Shown here: positions 19,308 through 29,502 of the stretch, piece after piece
Numbering within the stretch: the first letter of the stretch is position 1
Layout of the letters: each line of letters opens with the position of its first letter
DNA from: an uncultured virus (IMG/VR IMGVR_UViG_3300026250_000004)
Taxonomy: Duplodnaviria > Heunggongvirae > Uroviricota > Caudoviricetes
Reading direction: 5' to 3' (one strand)
DNA: 64,000 bases
IMG/VR virus record: IMGVR_UViG_3300026250_000004
Position numbers and translations under genes: made by a program
The notes under the pieces: generated by a model
The model's database searches: none
Told to the model about the DNA's origin: nothing
What the model saw: only the letters and a program-made list of their open reading frames with translations

Positions 19308-21821
19308 TTGGACTACCTGGAGTTTTTGAAAAGTAAAATAGACATTGCCGTCGATACCGGGTTTGATATCTCACCAGATGATATTAACCCGGTTTTATTT
19401 GGGCACGACAAAGATGCAGTAAGATGGGCTATCAAAGGTGGCAGAAGAGCTTTGTTTGAAGCGTTTGGCCTCCACAAGACAACCCAGCAATTAGAAATAT
19501 GTAGGATCATCACAGAGTATGAAGGCGGCAAAGCGTTAATAGTTTTGCCTTTAGGAGTCAAACAAGAATTTACGCATGATGCTACTGTTCTTTTAGGTTG
19601 GGAATCAGGGCCGGAATATGTACGGACCATGGAAGAAGCAGAAGCAACTGCAGGAACGATATTAATGACCAACTATGAGCGAGTTAGAGACGGCGACATT
19701 GACCCAAAAATGTTTACCGTTACTACTCTGGATGAGGCAGCAGTCCTGAGGTCATTTGGTAGCAAAACATATCAAACATTCTTGGATAAATTCAAAGGGG
19801 TACCTTATAAGTTTGTTTGTACCGCTACCCCGAGCCCCAATCGATTTAAGGAGTTAATCCATTATGCCGGGTACTTAGAGATTATGGATACTGGCCAAGC
19901 ATTGACCCGTTTCTTCCAGCGGGATTCTACCAAGGCCAATAATCTCACCTTGTACCCGCACAAGGAAGATGAATTCTGGCTCTGGGTGTCGAGTTGGGCA
20001 CTGTTCGTCACGAAACCATCAGACCTGGGATATTCCGATGAAGGATATGAATTACCGCCCTTGGATATCCGGTACCATGAGATACCCGTAAATCATCTCA
20101 CTGCTGGTGCCGAAAGAGACTGTCAAGGCAAACTGTTTCGAGATGCTGCAGCAGGGTTAACTCAGGCCGCCAGAGAGAAGAGGGAGAGTATAGAAGCCCG
20201 AGTTTCAGAAATGGCCAGAATTATTAAAGAATCACCTGAGGACCATTTTATTCTCTGGCATGACTTGGAAGCAGAGCGACATGCTATTAAAAAAGCAATA
20301 CCCGAAATAGTTGATATCTATGGTAGCCAAGACTTGGAGACTAGGGAGAAACGAGTAATTGACTTTTCTGAGGGCAGAATAAAATACTTCGCAACGAAGA
20401 AAGAACTATCCGGATCCGGGTGCAATTTCCAGAGGCATTGCCACCGGGCCATTTTCTTAGGAATCGACTATCAGTTCAACGACTTCATCCAGGCCATACA
20501 CCGGATATACCGCTTTTTGCAGACCAAACAGGTACGAATAGATATCATTTACACCGAAAGCGAAAGGGCTATTCTGGAAGTCCTACTGAAGAAATGGGAG
20601 CAACATGATTATATGGTCCAGAAGATGATTGATATAGTCAAGAAATACGGGCTGAGTAATACCAGCATGATTGATAAACTAGCCCGGAGCATTGGAGTTG
20701 ATAGAGTGAAAATCCAAGGCAAGCACTTCACGGTAGTCAATAATGACTGCGTACTGGAAACATCAGAAATGGCCAGCAACAGCGTCGACCTGATTCATAC
20801 GTCAATCCCCTTCGGCAACCATTATGAATATGCGAACTCTTACAACGACTTTGGACACAACGAGGACACCGAGCGATTTTTCGAGCAGATGGACTTTTTA
20901 ACGCCGCAGCTCTTGCGAATTTTGAAACCCGGCAGAATTTATGCCTGCCACGTAAAAGACCGGGTGTTGTTTGGCAATGTTACTGGCACTGGCTTTCCGA
21001 CAATGGAACCATTTCACGCACTATGTATTCAGCACTACATGAAACACGGCTTTCAATACTTCGGGATGATTACGGTTGTTACGGACGTTGTCAGGGAGAA
21101 TAACCAGACCTATAGGCTAGGCTGGACCGAGCAATGCAAAGATGGCACTAAAATGGGGGTTGGCTGCCCGGAGTATATCCTGCTATTTAGGAAGCTGCCG
21201 ACCGATACCAGCACGGCCTATGCAGATGTTCCAGTGACTAAGTCAAAGGAAGAATACACCCGCGCCCAATGGCAGATTGATGCCCACGGATTTTGGCGCA
21301 GTTCCGGGGACAGGTTAATGAGCAAAGACGAATTAGAGTCAATCCCGGTCAGAAACCTGCAGTCTGTTTACCGCAAATTTTCCAGGGAGAATATTTACAG
21401 TTACGAAGAACACGTTGAACTTGCTAAAAAACTAGACGAACGAGGCAAGTTGCCTGCTTCATTTATGGTCGTTGCTCCCGGTAGTTGGAGTGATGAAGTT
21501 TGGGACGACATAAACCGCATGAAAACCCTCAATACTAACCAGCGGCAAAAGGACTTGCAGATGCACGTCTGCCCCCTGCAAATTGACATTGTGGAACGCA
21601 TCATCAATCGCTATTCTAACCCGGGGGAAGTGGTGTTTGACCCCTTTGGAGGGCTTATGACGGTGCCGATGACTGCTATAAAGATGGGCAGATATGGGTA
21701 TGGAATAGAACTCAATACCGACTATTTCCGGGACGGGGTAGGGTACTGCAAAGCTGCCGAGGAGAAAATAAACACTCCTACCCTATTTGACTTTATAGGC
21801 GAAAGGAGTGAGGCTATTTGA
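19308..21821 (+). CDS. SNF2-like helicase domain fused to N4/N6 DNA methyltransferase
   Basis: GLHKT, LDEA, TATPSPN; SVDLIHTSIPF, HVCPLQ, VFDPFGG. Confidence 0.85.
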   Translation: MDYLEFLKSKIDIAVDTGFDISPDDINPVLFGHDKDAVRWAIKGGRRALFEAFGLHKTTQQLEICRIITEYEGGKALIVLPLGVKQEFTHDATVLLGWESGPEYVRTMEEAEATAGTILMTNYERVRDGDIDPKMFTVTTLDEAAVLRSFGSKTYQTFLDKFKGVPYKFVCTATPSPNRFKELIHYAGYLEIMDTGQALTRFFQRDSTKANNLTLYPHKEDEFWLWVSSWALFVTKPSDLGYSDEGYELPPLDIRYHEIPVNHLTAGAERDCQGKLFRDAAAGLTQAAREKRESIEARVSEMARIIKESPEDHFILWHDLEAERHAIKKAIPEIVDIYGSQDLETREKRVIDFSEGRIKYFATKKELSGSGCNFQRHCHRAIFLGIDYQFNDFIQAIHRIYRFLQTKQVRIDIIYTESERAILEVLLKKWEQHDYMVQKMIDIVKKYGLSNTSMIDKLARSIGVDRVKIQGKHFTVVNNDCVLETSEMASNSVDLIHTSIPFGNHYEYANSYNDFGHNEDTERFFEQMDFLTPQLLRILKPGRIYACHVKDRVLFGNVTGTGFPTMEPFHALCIQHYMKHGFQYFGMITVVTDVVRENNQTYRLGWTEQCKDGTKMGVGCPEYILLFRKLPTDTSTAYADVPVTKSKEEYTRAQWQIDAHGFWRSSGDRLMSKDELESIPVRNLQSVYRKFSRENIYSYEEHVELAKKLDERGKLPASFMVVAPGSWSDEVWDDINRMKTLNTNQRQKDLQMHVCPLQIDIVERIINRYSNPGEVVFDPFGGLMTVPMTAIKMGRYGYGIELNTDYFRDGVGYCKAAEEKINTPTLFDFIGERSEAI

Positions 21822-22030
21822 CCTCAACAATAATCTTCAAGCGAAACGGGCAAAACATAATAGCTAAAATATTTAAAACCACGATTGAGCCACTTGATAC
21901 CGGAACTGGAAAACAAGTGGTTTATTTTTGTCAAGATTCGGAGGGTAAGCGATACAGAGTACCCAAAAGTGAAGTGCTAATCAAGGGAATTAAATCAACA
22001 AACAAAAAGAAAGCGAGGACGATAGCATGA
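21818..22030 (+). CDS. hypothetical protein
   Basis: Coupled ORF with RBS. Confidence 0.5.
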   Translation: MTSTIIFKRNGQNIIAKIFKTTIEPLDTGTGKQVVYFCQDSEGKRYRVPKSEVLIKGIKSTNKKKARTIA

Positions 22031-22374
22031 GCGGAGCAGATGCAATAAATTTCTTTAACGAAATAGTAGGCAAGTTAGACCAACCTGCAAAACAAATAGT
22101 TGAAATCTATACTAAGCAGATAATAGCTTACGGTATAACCGACATTGTAGTTGGGGGATTGATGCTTGCATTAGCTACTACATTAGGTGTTTTGGCATTT
22201 AAAAAGCGTACCCAAGTAAATGAATATAGTATTACATTCACCGATTGGGGTAGTTTTCTTACCGTTATTTTTAGTATATGGGGAATTATGCTAACTATCA
22301 AAGGTTGGTTAATGCTTTACAATCCCCAATTTTACCTTATTCAAGACATTATTAATGGAACCATAGCGAGATAA
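22027..22374 (+). CDS. membrane protein
   Basis: Two hydrophobic segments. Confidence 0.6.
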   Translation: MSGADAINFFNEIVGKLDQPAKQIVEIYTKQIIAYGITDIVVGGLMLALATTLGVLAFKKRTQVNEYSITFTDWGSFLTVIFSIWGIMLTIKGWLMLYNPQFYLIQDIINGTIAR

Positions 22375-22562
22375 AAGAGGGCGATAGCATGAGTAAAATG
22401 TCTAAACGAGAAAAAGAAGCCTACAGGATAGCGAATAACGCCCTTTACTTTGCCGATAATTCGGACTATTGCTCCGCTTTATGGGAAGTGTTATATGCGC
22501 TTAATCCTGAACTGGAAGAATATCCAGACTTAGAATATATCGAGGAAATGGAGGACGAATAA

Positions 22563-22949
22563 ATGAGTATTAACAAAGTTATTTTATCTGGTAGGTTGGG
22601 TAGAGATGTTGAGTTAAGGCAAACACCGAATGGCAAAGAAGTTGCGACCTTCTCACTAGCAGTAACAGATAACTTCAACCGAGAAGTAACCCATTGGATA
22701 AACATTGTCGTATGGAATAAGCAAGCAGAGCATTGTGCCAATTACTTGAGCAAAGGTTCTCACGTTGCGATAGAAGGTAGACTTAACACCAGAAGCTACG
22801 AAAACAAGGAAGGCCGTAAAGTATCGGTTACCGAGATAGTGGCCGACAGAGTAGAGTTTTTAGACTCTAAAGGCAAAAGTGATAAGCCTGCTGACGGTTG
22901 GGACGACATAGGGCGGGATATTCAGATTGATGATGACACCCCGTTTTAA
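22563..22949 (+). CDS. ssb: single-stranded DNA-binding protein
   Basis: INKVILSGRLGRDVELR..KGSHVAIEGRL; acidic DDDTPF tail. Confidence 0.95.
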   Translation: MSINKVILSGRLGRDVELRQTPNGKEVATFSLAVTDNFNREVTHWINIVVWNKQAEHCANYLSKGSHVAIEGRLNTRSYENKEGRKVSVTEIVADRVEFLDSKGKSDKPADGWDDIGRDIQIDDDTPF

Positions 22950-22960
22950 GGTGATGCCAT

Positions 22961-23281
22961 ATGAACTGCATAATGTGCGGCAAAAAAATCAAGTCGAAGT
23001 CCTTTGAAGGTACGGACTATCTTAAGGATAACGAGGGTAATTGGTACTGCATCCAGTGCGCTAAGCAATGCCTAACCCGCTGGCAGGACTTCGAGCGGAT
23101 TGAAAAGTTAGCAGAAGAACCTGACAGATACCGAAACGCTTTAATTGATACGCTTAAATGGTCAATTAACGAAGGTTATTGTGTAAGACCGAAAGATAGA
23201 ACTTGCAGAGCCAGCGCGGATAAATGTTTGAAGTGCTGGCTTAATTTTTTAGCTGGTGAAGAAAAGGAGGCGAAAGCATGA
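22961..23281 (+). CDS. Cys-rich hypothetical protein
   Basis: CxxC pairs, RBS. Confidence 0.55.
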   Translation: MNCIMCGKKIKSKSFEGTDYLKDNEGNWYCIQCAKQCLTRWQDFERIEKLAEEPDRYRNALIDTLKWSINEGYCVRPKDRTCRASADKCLKCWLNFLAGEEKEAKA

Positions 23282-23544
23282 CAAACTGCCTATACTGCGG
23301 CGGTGAAATACCGTCGAAAGACTTCGCGCTGCGCACGCCGGGAGGGAATTATTTTTGCTTCCCCTGCGGCGATAAAGCCCTGGACGAGTGGGTGCGGGTG
23401 AAGGAAGAAAACGTCCAACTCCGCGAGAAGATGCAGAAGATAAACGATATAGCGGTGAATTATCAAGAGGACGGGCCTTTTATCGACACGGTTACTTTTG
23501 CCATAATCAGCGAGATTTACGACTTGTCGTCAGGGGAGGAGTGA
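23278..23544 (+). CDS. Cys-rich hypothetical protein
   Basis: CxxC pairs, coupled ORF. Confidence 0.55.
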   Translation: MTNCLYCGGEIPSKDFALRTPGGNYFCFPCGDKALDEWVRVKEENVQLREKMQKINDIAVNYQEDGPFIDTVTFAIISEIYDLSSGEE

Positions 23545-23548
23545 GAGC

Positions 23549-24376
23549 GTGGATTTATTGTCATGCCCAGAATGCGGCAACCAACCAAAATTAAGTTCGT
23601 TAGAGCCAGAATATCAAACCATGAAATATTTTTGCAGCGTCCATTGCTCTATCGGTGACTGGAAACCTACTAAAGAACTGGCGGCAGCAGATTGGAATAG
23701 GCGAGTAAGGGAGTATGAGGAAGCGGTGGAAAGGAGCGAGAGCATGAGTGAGCAGAGAGATTTGAGGGCAGACCTTGAAATATGCGAGAAGGCAACGCCG
23801 GGACCGTGGGAAGTGAAAAATGAATCAGAGGGTTCTGGGTTTTTTGATGTTGTTTGCCCTGATGGCAAAGGAATTGCCCCAACAGGGTGTAGGCAAAATG
23901 CGTTGTTTATCGCCGCCGCCCGTACCGGTTGGCCGGAAGCGATAGAACGGGCGATTAAAGCGGAGGAACGAGTGCTGGCGCTGGAATCGTCGATGCAGAT
24001 GTTTAAAGATATGTGCGAGAATAGCCCAACGCAAGAGCTGGACGAGCAATATTACAAGGAAAAAATAGCCGCCTTGCGTGAGGAAAATGAAAAGCTCAAA
24101 AACGAACTGGGCAGCGTGAAGTATATAAGGGACAAATATCAAGGAGAACTGGTAGCAAAAGAAATACTGGACGATGAATTTGAGAACGGAGAATTAGTCA
24201 AACTCCTTGCCGTAGTGGAGGCGGCAGAAGAACTGCTTGAAGTAGCAAATCTTCGCGGTGACAATGAATTGCCGCATCCTGCTGACGATCCGAAACTATG
24301 GACTGCTAGAGCGCAGACCGCATGGGATGAATTAGCGCAGTCCCTTGCCGCCGCTGGATATGGGGGTGAGGAGTAA
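23549..24376 (+). CDS. Lar-like N-terminal domain plus Ead/Ea22-like domain
   Basis: LLSCPECG..AAADWNRR; KATPGPW..NALFIAAAR. Confidence 0.55.
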   Translation: MDLLSCPECGNQPKLSSLEPEYQTMKYFCSVHCSIGDWKPTKELAAADWNRRVREYEEAVERSESMSEQRDLRADLEICEKATPGPWEVKNESEGSGFFDVVCPDGKGIAPTGCRQNALFIAAARTGWPEAIERAIKAEERVLALESSMQMFKDMCENSPTQELDEQYYKEKIAALREENEKLKNELGSVKYIRDKYQGELVAKEILDDEFENGELVKLLAVVEAAEELLEVANLRGDNELPHPADDPKLWTARAQTAWDELAQSLAAAGYGGEE

Positions 24377-24678
24377 TGGAAAGATACAAATTTGATGACC
24401 ATGCAATAAATGAACATTGCGAATGGGACGCAGAAGGCGACTGGGTTAAATATTCCGATGTTGTCGACCTCCAATCCAAGCTGCAGCAGACGGAAAAGGC
24501 ATTGGAATTGGCTTGTGACTTCATGGCTGAAGAAACAGATATTTGCTTTTGGAATATAAGCGGTAAAGTTGCTAATGAATTCGGTGGCTACGATTGCGAT
24601 TTATGTCCCCGTTATCCAATAGGGAAATGCACTAAAGATTACTTCCTCCAACAAGCAAAGGAGGCATTTGATGGCTAA
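24376..24678 (+). CDS. hypothetical protein
   Basis: GDWVKYSD motif; coupled ORF. Confidence 0.55.
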   Translation: MERYKFDDHAINEHCEWDAEGDWVKYSDVVDLQSKLQQTEKALELACDFMAEETDICFWNISGKVANEFGGYDCDLCPRYPIGKCTKDYFLQQAKEAFDG

Positions 24679-25117
24679 ACCAAAAGCTAAATATCTTAAT
24701 GGTTTTCGCAGGGAGCTAGTGCTATGGGTACTCTCCCTGCAACTTATTTTAGAGAACCACAGAGAGCATTTTAGGGGCAAAGAATTAACTTGGTTAGATA
24801 GCATTATCTTGAGCATTGAAAACCTTTCTAAATTAATGTTAGGTGATTTGGATTTGACCGAAATAAAAACCATTGAAAACGCTATCAATCAAATTGAGCC
24901 GAAACTATATGCTGAAAAGCTGATTAATTCAAGCAAGCCTACCGTCAAGGTAAGCATTGACTTGATTTACGATTTAGCTGAATTAGCATTAGAAAATTGT
25001 CGTTATGACTGTAACAAAGACTTTGACACCTGCCCAAGACGCAAGATGTTTTTAGACCTGCTGATACCGCCATTTAGAGAAGATGGGAGTTGTCAATATT
25101 ATCGAGGGGAGGACTGA
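24668..25117 (+). CDS. hypothetical protein
   Basis: Coupled ORF. Confidence 0.55.
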   Translation: MMAKPKAKYLNGFRRELVLWVLSLQLILENHREHFRGKELTWLDSIILSIENLSKLMLGDLDLTEIKTIENAINQIEPKLYAEKLINSSKPTVKVSIDLIYDLAELALENCRYDCNKDFDTCPRRKMFLDLLIPPFREDGSCQYYRGED

Positions 25118-25120
25118 TTA

Positions 25121-25465
25121 TTGAAATATACAAGAATTTGCAAAATCTGCAACAAAGAATTTCAAACTAATCAATATAATCAAATAGCTTGTTCTCCACA
25201 ATGTAGAGCAAAGAACAAATATCTTACCGCTAAAGAACTAAACAAACTTCGTTGTTACAGCAAACCGAATAAAGCACGCTCATTATGTTTTAGTTGTAGC
25301 AGAGCTTATGCAAAACCTTTTGAGAAAGGCGGTTGCGATAAAGTGCTAAATGGCACAAAAATTTACAACAAAGCTCATTGGGTATTTAAAGAGCCAGATA
25401 GGAAGGGATATCGGGTATTGGTCGTTGATGATTGTGACTATTTTAAGCTGGAAAGGAGTAACTGA
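25121..25465 (+). CDS. Zn-binding hypothetical protein
   Basis: CKICNKEF..CSPQC. Confidence 0.55.
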   Translation: MKYTRICKICNKEFQTNQYNQIACSPQCRAKNKYLTAKELNKLRCYSKPNKARSLCFSCSRAYAKPFEKGGCDKVLNGTKIYNKAHWVFKEPDRKGYRVLVVDDCDYFKLERSN

Positions 25466-25467
25466 AG

Positions 25468-25812
25468 ATGGGGCGATTTAAAGACCGTATAGATGCCAGA
25501 TTTGAAGCTCAACAACAAAAAGGCATAGAGAAGTACGGACAAATTGTTGAGGATAACCACGGTGATTTTGACTACCGATTAGAGCATTTAGCACAGGAAT
25601 TGACAGACGGACTACATTACCTAGAATGGCTGAAAGAAGCTGGGAAGATTGTTACGGCTATGTTTGAGCTATTGGCGCAGGATATGGAGGTCAAAGAAAT
25701 TTGTCCGTTAGAGACACCATGCGAACCGGACAACTTGAAAGATGGCGGTTGCGTTGCCTGCCTACAAGAACACTACGAAACGAAAGCGAGGGAGAAAATA
25801 ATTGGAGAATAA
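25468..25812 (+). CDS. hypothetical protein (all-alpha NTP-PPase-like)
   Basis: KGIEKYG..HLAQELTDGLHY. Confidence 0.5.
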   Translation: MGRFKDRIDARFEAQQQKGIEKYGQIVEDNHGDFDYRLEHLAQELTDGLHYLEWLKEAGKIVTAMFELLAQDMEVKEICPLETPCEPDNLKDGGCVACLQEHYETKAREKIIGE

Positions 25813-26101
25813 AGAAAAAGAAATAGCGTTACATCTTGTTACGAAAGAACTAAATAGAGCAACGAATATGTATGCCCCCATGAACTCACCACATGAGGGA
25901 ATTGCTATTTTAGGAGAAGAATTTTTTGAACTGTGGCAAGAAGTAATTAAATCACCGAAAAAAAGAGACAGGCAAGCAATGACCGAAGAAGCCGTTCAGA
26001 CAGCAGCAATGGCAATAAGATTTATTATTGATGTTTGCTTTAAAGAAACCTGCCCTTACTGCAACGGTCCTGTTCCCTGTCTTACTTGTTCATCAGATTA
26101 G
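25802..26101 (+). CDS. MazG-like protein
   Basis: HEGIAILGEEFFEL..EEAVQTAAMA. Confidence 0.6.
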   Translation: MENKEKEIALHLVTKELNRATNMYAPMNSPHEGIAILGEEFFELWQEVIKSPKKRDRQAMTEEAVQTAAMAIRFIIDVCFKETCPYCNGPVPCLTCSSD

Positions 26102-26288
26102 GAGGAAAGATATGAATACTTATAAAGCATTAAAGGAAATCCTACCGTGGGCAAAACCAATGTATGTAGAAAAAGCTAAAATCAGAAGATTAATCAAACT
26201 CATGGAAACATACATGGAAAGCAATAACCCAATAATCAAGAATAGCATTGACCGCATGATGAAGGACTTGAAGGAGGGATAAGCTGAA

Positions 26289-26522
26289 ATGCCTCGGATA
26301 AAAACCTATAAACGGTTAGACCCATTACAAGAGCTTGGTAGAAATGCCGAGCTTTTTATTGATTCTATATGCCTTGATATTTCGGATATGAACATTAGGG
26401 ATATGATGATTATTTACGAGCCGGACATTGTGAAAGCAAGTGAAGTGATATTGAAATCCGAAGAAGTGGGAAATTGGAAGTGGAATTGTGACCGCAAAAA
26501 ATGGGAGAAGGTGACTAATTGA
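26289..26522 (+). CDS. hypothetical protein
   Basis: ORF with RBS. Confidence 0.5.
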   Translation: MPRIKTYKRLDPLQELGRNAELFIDSICLDISDMNIRDMMIIYEPDIVKASEVILKSEEVGNWKWNCDRKKWEKVTN

Positions 26523-27061
26523 CATATATAACTTATCCCCAAACCGAGGAATTATTGAAATGCTATCCTAAATTGAAATCATACCTTAAAAATTTGCAAC
26601 TTGAACTTGAGCGTTTATTCCGTGAAGGAAAAAATGACGACATTGACCCTGATGAAATTATGTATTCCCTATCCATTGGTAACCGTGTAGTAAACGATAT
26701 GCCACACGCTATGCCTACCCCCGGTGATAAAATGACTAATATTGTTATCACTAAAGACCGTATCATCGAAGAAGAAATGCGAAATCGTATGACAGACATT
26801 AACACTATTGGTGAAGTAGTTGAAAAAATAAGCAATACTTTAGAATGTCTGACCACGCAGGAAAAACAAATAATTGAGTTTAAGTATTTTGAGTCTATGG
26901 TCTGGAAGGATATTTTAAAAACCACTAAAGCATTTGTGGAAGAAAGGCAAGCCAAACAGCAAAGAAGGGTTGCCATCGAAAAAATGTTACCATTATTAAG
27001 GATAACAACAGAGCAATTTGAATTTTGCATAAGGAAGGTGAAAACAGATGTTATCGATTGA
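26519..27061 (+). CDS. ArpU/RinA-like late transcriptional regulator
   Basis: LECLTTQEKQIIEFKYFESMVW sigma-r4-like C-terminus; end of the rightward operon. Confidence 0.6.
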   Translation: MTYITYPQTEELLKCYPKLKSYLKNLQLELERLFREGKNDDIDPDEIMYSLSIGNRVVNDMPHAMPTPGDKMTNIVITKDRIIEEEMRNRMTDINTIGEVVEKISNTLECLTTQEKQIIEFKYFESMVWKDILKTTKAFVEERQAKQQRRVAIEKMLPLLRITTEQFEFCIRKVKTDVID

Positions 27062-27542
27062 AATGGCGAAGAAATTAAAAGAAGCGGGGTTGGTATGGAA
27101 TCCAGATATCGGCGATATCTTCTTTTATGATGAAGAGCATTGGGATAGCCTTTCGTTAAATGATGTAATTAATGGAGAATTTAAGGGGGAGATATTAGAC
27201 TATATTGAAGAAGAATGGCTATTTGCTCCCCGCCTTGACCAACTGCTGATGAAGATTGAGAAACTGGGGTGGGACATAGACCTAATGCACTTTGCAAATA
27301 ACAAGGATAATACCGAGATTAGCGATGATCCATCGTGGTCATGTGAAGTGAACAAGTTTTTTGGGCTGACGCAAACAGACGTAGAACCCAAGCTAATAAT
27401 CCACCAGTCCGATGGAACCGACCATGCGGTGAATGTCAACGGGCGGTGGCAAGAAAATCGACAGAACGAAATATTTGACGCCGATACTCCCGAAGATGCC
27501 GCCGCCGAAGCGTTGGTCTGGATTTTAGAACAAAAAAAATAG
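27048..27542 (+). CDS. hypothetical phage protein
   Basis: SIEMAKKLKEAGL..PRLDQLL..DTPEDAAAEAL. Confidence 0.6.
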   Translation: MLSIEMAKKLKEAGLVWNPDIGDIFFYDEEHWDSLSLNDVINGEFKGEILDYIEEEWLFAPRLDQLLMKIEKLGWDIDLMHFANNKDNTEISDDPSWSCEVNKFFGLTQTDVEPKLIIHQSDGTDHAVNVNGRWQENRQNEIFDADTPEDAAAEALVWILEQKK

Positions 27543-27628
27543 ACAGGCAGGCGTTATATCCTTCGGCAATGTGTTTGTATCCCCCGTTGGGTAAAACGCC
27601 TGTAATCGCACCACAATAGCCTTTAAAT

Positions 27629-27952
27629 TCATTTTGCCATATTTACCGACTTAAAGTAGTCATAAACCTTATCTTTCAATGCTTCTATGCTGAATTTGCC
27701 TGTAATAAAGATTACGACACCTGCAAAAACTGGTAAATATATGGAGTCTAATGTTGCAAGTAAACCTAAAATAAATAAACTACCGATATATGGTAAAATA
27801 TTTGTTTTAAGAAATTGAGGAACTTTGCGAATATCAAACTCACCTTTAAGATAAGCAATTAACCAACCAATCATTGCATCACCCAAAATAGCAATCAAAC
27901 ATACTTTAATACCGAGGATAATTGAGTTGTCAATATTTGCTAAAAAATCCAT
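27629..27952 (-). CDS. holin-like membrane protein
   Basis: Three TM segments, downstream of endolysin. Confidence 0.65.
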   Translation of the reverse strand: MDFLANIDNSIILGIKVCLIAILGDAMIGWLIAYLKGEFDIRKVPQFLKTNILPYIGSLFILGLLATLDSIYLPVFAGVVIFITGKFSIEALKDKVYDYFKSVNMAK

Positions 27953-27953
27953 A

Positions 27954-28676
27954 CTATTTCCCTCCTTTTTTCATCATATTAAGAATAACAGCCAATACAA
28001 ACCATTTAGTCGCCACATCATCGGGATTATGGCTTTCGGTTATGATACCTGCTTTTATCGCATCATCAATTATTTGCTTTTTCCAATCCACGTTACTCAC
28101 CACCTTTTGAAATAACCAATACGAAGGAGTGCGATTTTCCGTATCTTTACCCAGCACGTTAATATCGGTTATGCAATAGTTACCGACTACCTTAACCTTG
28201 CCAACTCTACCGGATAAATTAAATTTACCAGGGTAAAACCCAGGGTCTAAAATAATCAACCTACCATCGCTCTCTAATCCAGCAACTACTATGTAATGAC
28301 CGCTATCAGAGAATACACCTGTATAACCTTTCCTGTTGCCACCAACGTTAGCAACTGCCATACCACCGGATTTTAAATGGTCTAGCAGAATACTTTCATT
28401 GCTAGTAGTTGTAAAATGCAAACCGTAGTCTTGACGTAAGGCTTTAGCAAGTATATTCATATCCGTTCCACCTGCTACCCTTGCCTTTTTGTTAATGGCA
28501 TACTTCGCCATTTCTGACGGGGCTACGGTCTTGTTAGTTAGGTTGGAGACTATTATTGAAGCACAAACTACGCCACAGCCACCGGATTTAACCGTTGCCT
28601 TTGGCAAAGTCGGGCTGGGATAAGGCACTTTAGAGTAGTTATTTTGATTAAAGTATTTAAATTGGCGGACGCTCAT
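27954..28676 (-). CDS. endolysin, C39-like peptidase with C-terminal wall-binding region
   Basis: Q..GCGVVC..GHYIVV..ILDP catalytic C/H/D; between two holin-like genes. Confidence 0.75.
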   Translation of the reverse strand: MSVRQFKYFNQNNYSKVPYPSPTLPKATVKSGGCGVVCASIIVSNLTNKTVAPSEMAKYAINKKARVAGGTDMNILAKALRQDYGLHFTTTSNESILLDHLKSGGMAVANVGGNRKGYTGVFSDSGHYIVVAGLESDGRLIILDPGFYPGKFNLSGRVGKVKVVGNYCITDINVLGKDTENRTPSYWLFQKVVSNVDWKKQIIDDAIKAGIITESHNPDDVATKWFVLAVILNMMKKGGK

Positions 28677-29208
28677 TATCATCACCTCCATAATCGCCGT
28701 AGTTGCCATAATTGTAAGTGTTATCGTCCTCGCATGTTTCCTTTAACTTTTTGTTGGCAAATTTCTTAAACCATTGAAATTCTTCTACTCCCGCTTCGAT
28801 AAAGTTTTCAGCGATGCTAAGTGTCTCCACGAAGAACAGCACCGAATAGATTATATTTGCAATAAGTCCACTGGCCGTGTCATAGGGAATAATCTTACCT
28901 GCCTGAGCTGCTAAAACGCACATAATAAAATAAGCCATAATCTTAACACTTGTACCTGCTAAAGCTTTGTCTGATCGAATGTGCCTCTCTTTTATGGCTT
29001 TAAATAAGCCGCCATGATTAACTGATTCTGTTATGATTCTACTAGCCAGGTCACAAGCAACTACTATCCATAAAGCAAAAAAAGCCGCTCCCGGCTCAAC
29101 TAAAAATGTTATAACTCCCAATAAAAAGCCCCCTAGCCATGCTAGAGGGTCAGATAATGCAGTAGATATTTTGCCGAATGTCACCCCTATTCCTGTTGGA
29201 TTTATCAA
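28657..29208 (-). CDS. holin (phage holin 4-like)
   Basis: TM segments; ETLSIAENFIEAGV. Confidence 0.75.
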   Translation of the reverse strand: MINPTGIGVTFGKISTALSDPLAWLGGFLLGVITFLVEPGAAFFALWIVVACDLASRIITESVNHGGLFKAIKERHIRSDKALAGTSVKIMAYFIMCVLAAQAGKIIPYDTASGLIANIIYSVLFFVETLSIAENFIEAGVEEFQWFKKFANKKLKETCEDDNTYNYGNYGDYGGDDNERPPI

Positions 29209-29325
29209 TTTTTATCACCCCCGGTTTAAAATATGTTAGACTATTTTCGCAGGCGTAATTAGCAGTACCAGTGCTTTCCTGTTTCCCGGTTAAGGTTGCC
29301 TGCACACCCTAATAAAATAACCGCC

Positions 29326-29502
29326 CTATTCGAGCGGCTCGGTTACCGGTTCTTCCGATAATGCCTCTAATAAGCTCCGCAACCTAGCCTGCTCAAGCTG
29401 GCTTCTGGTCTTCTGGGCTATCAAGCCCTCGATATTCCTGTCAGCACTTGCAATTCGTGCATCTTCAATCTCAATTCTTTTCAATATTTCTTCCCGTGTC
29501 AT
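29326..29502 (-). CDS. small coiled-coil protein after tail gene (not in ORF track)
   Basis: MTREEILKRIEIEDARIAS..; GGAGG RBS; overlaps stop of tail gene. Confidence 0.5.
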   Translation of the reverse strand: MTREEILKRIEIEDARIASADRNIEGLIAQKTRSQLEQARLRSLLEALSEEPVTEPLE

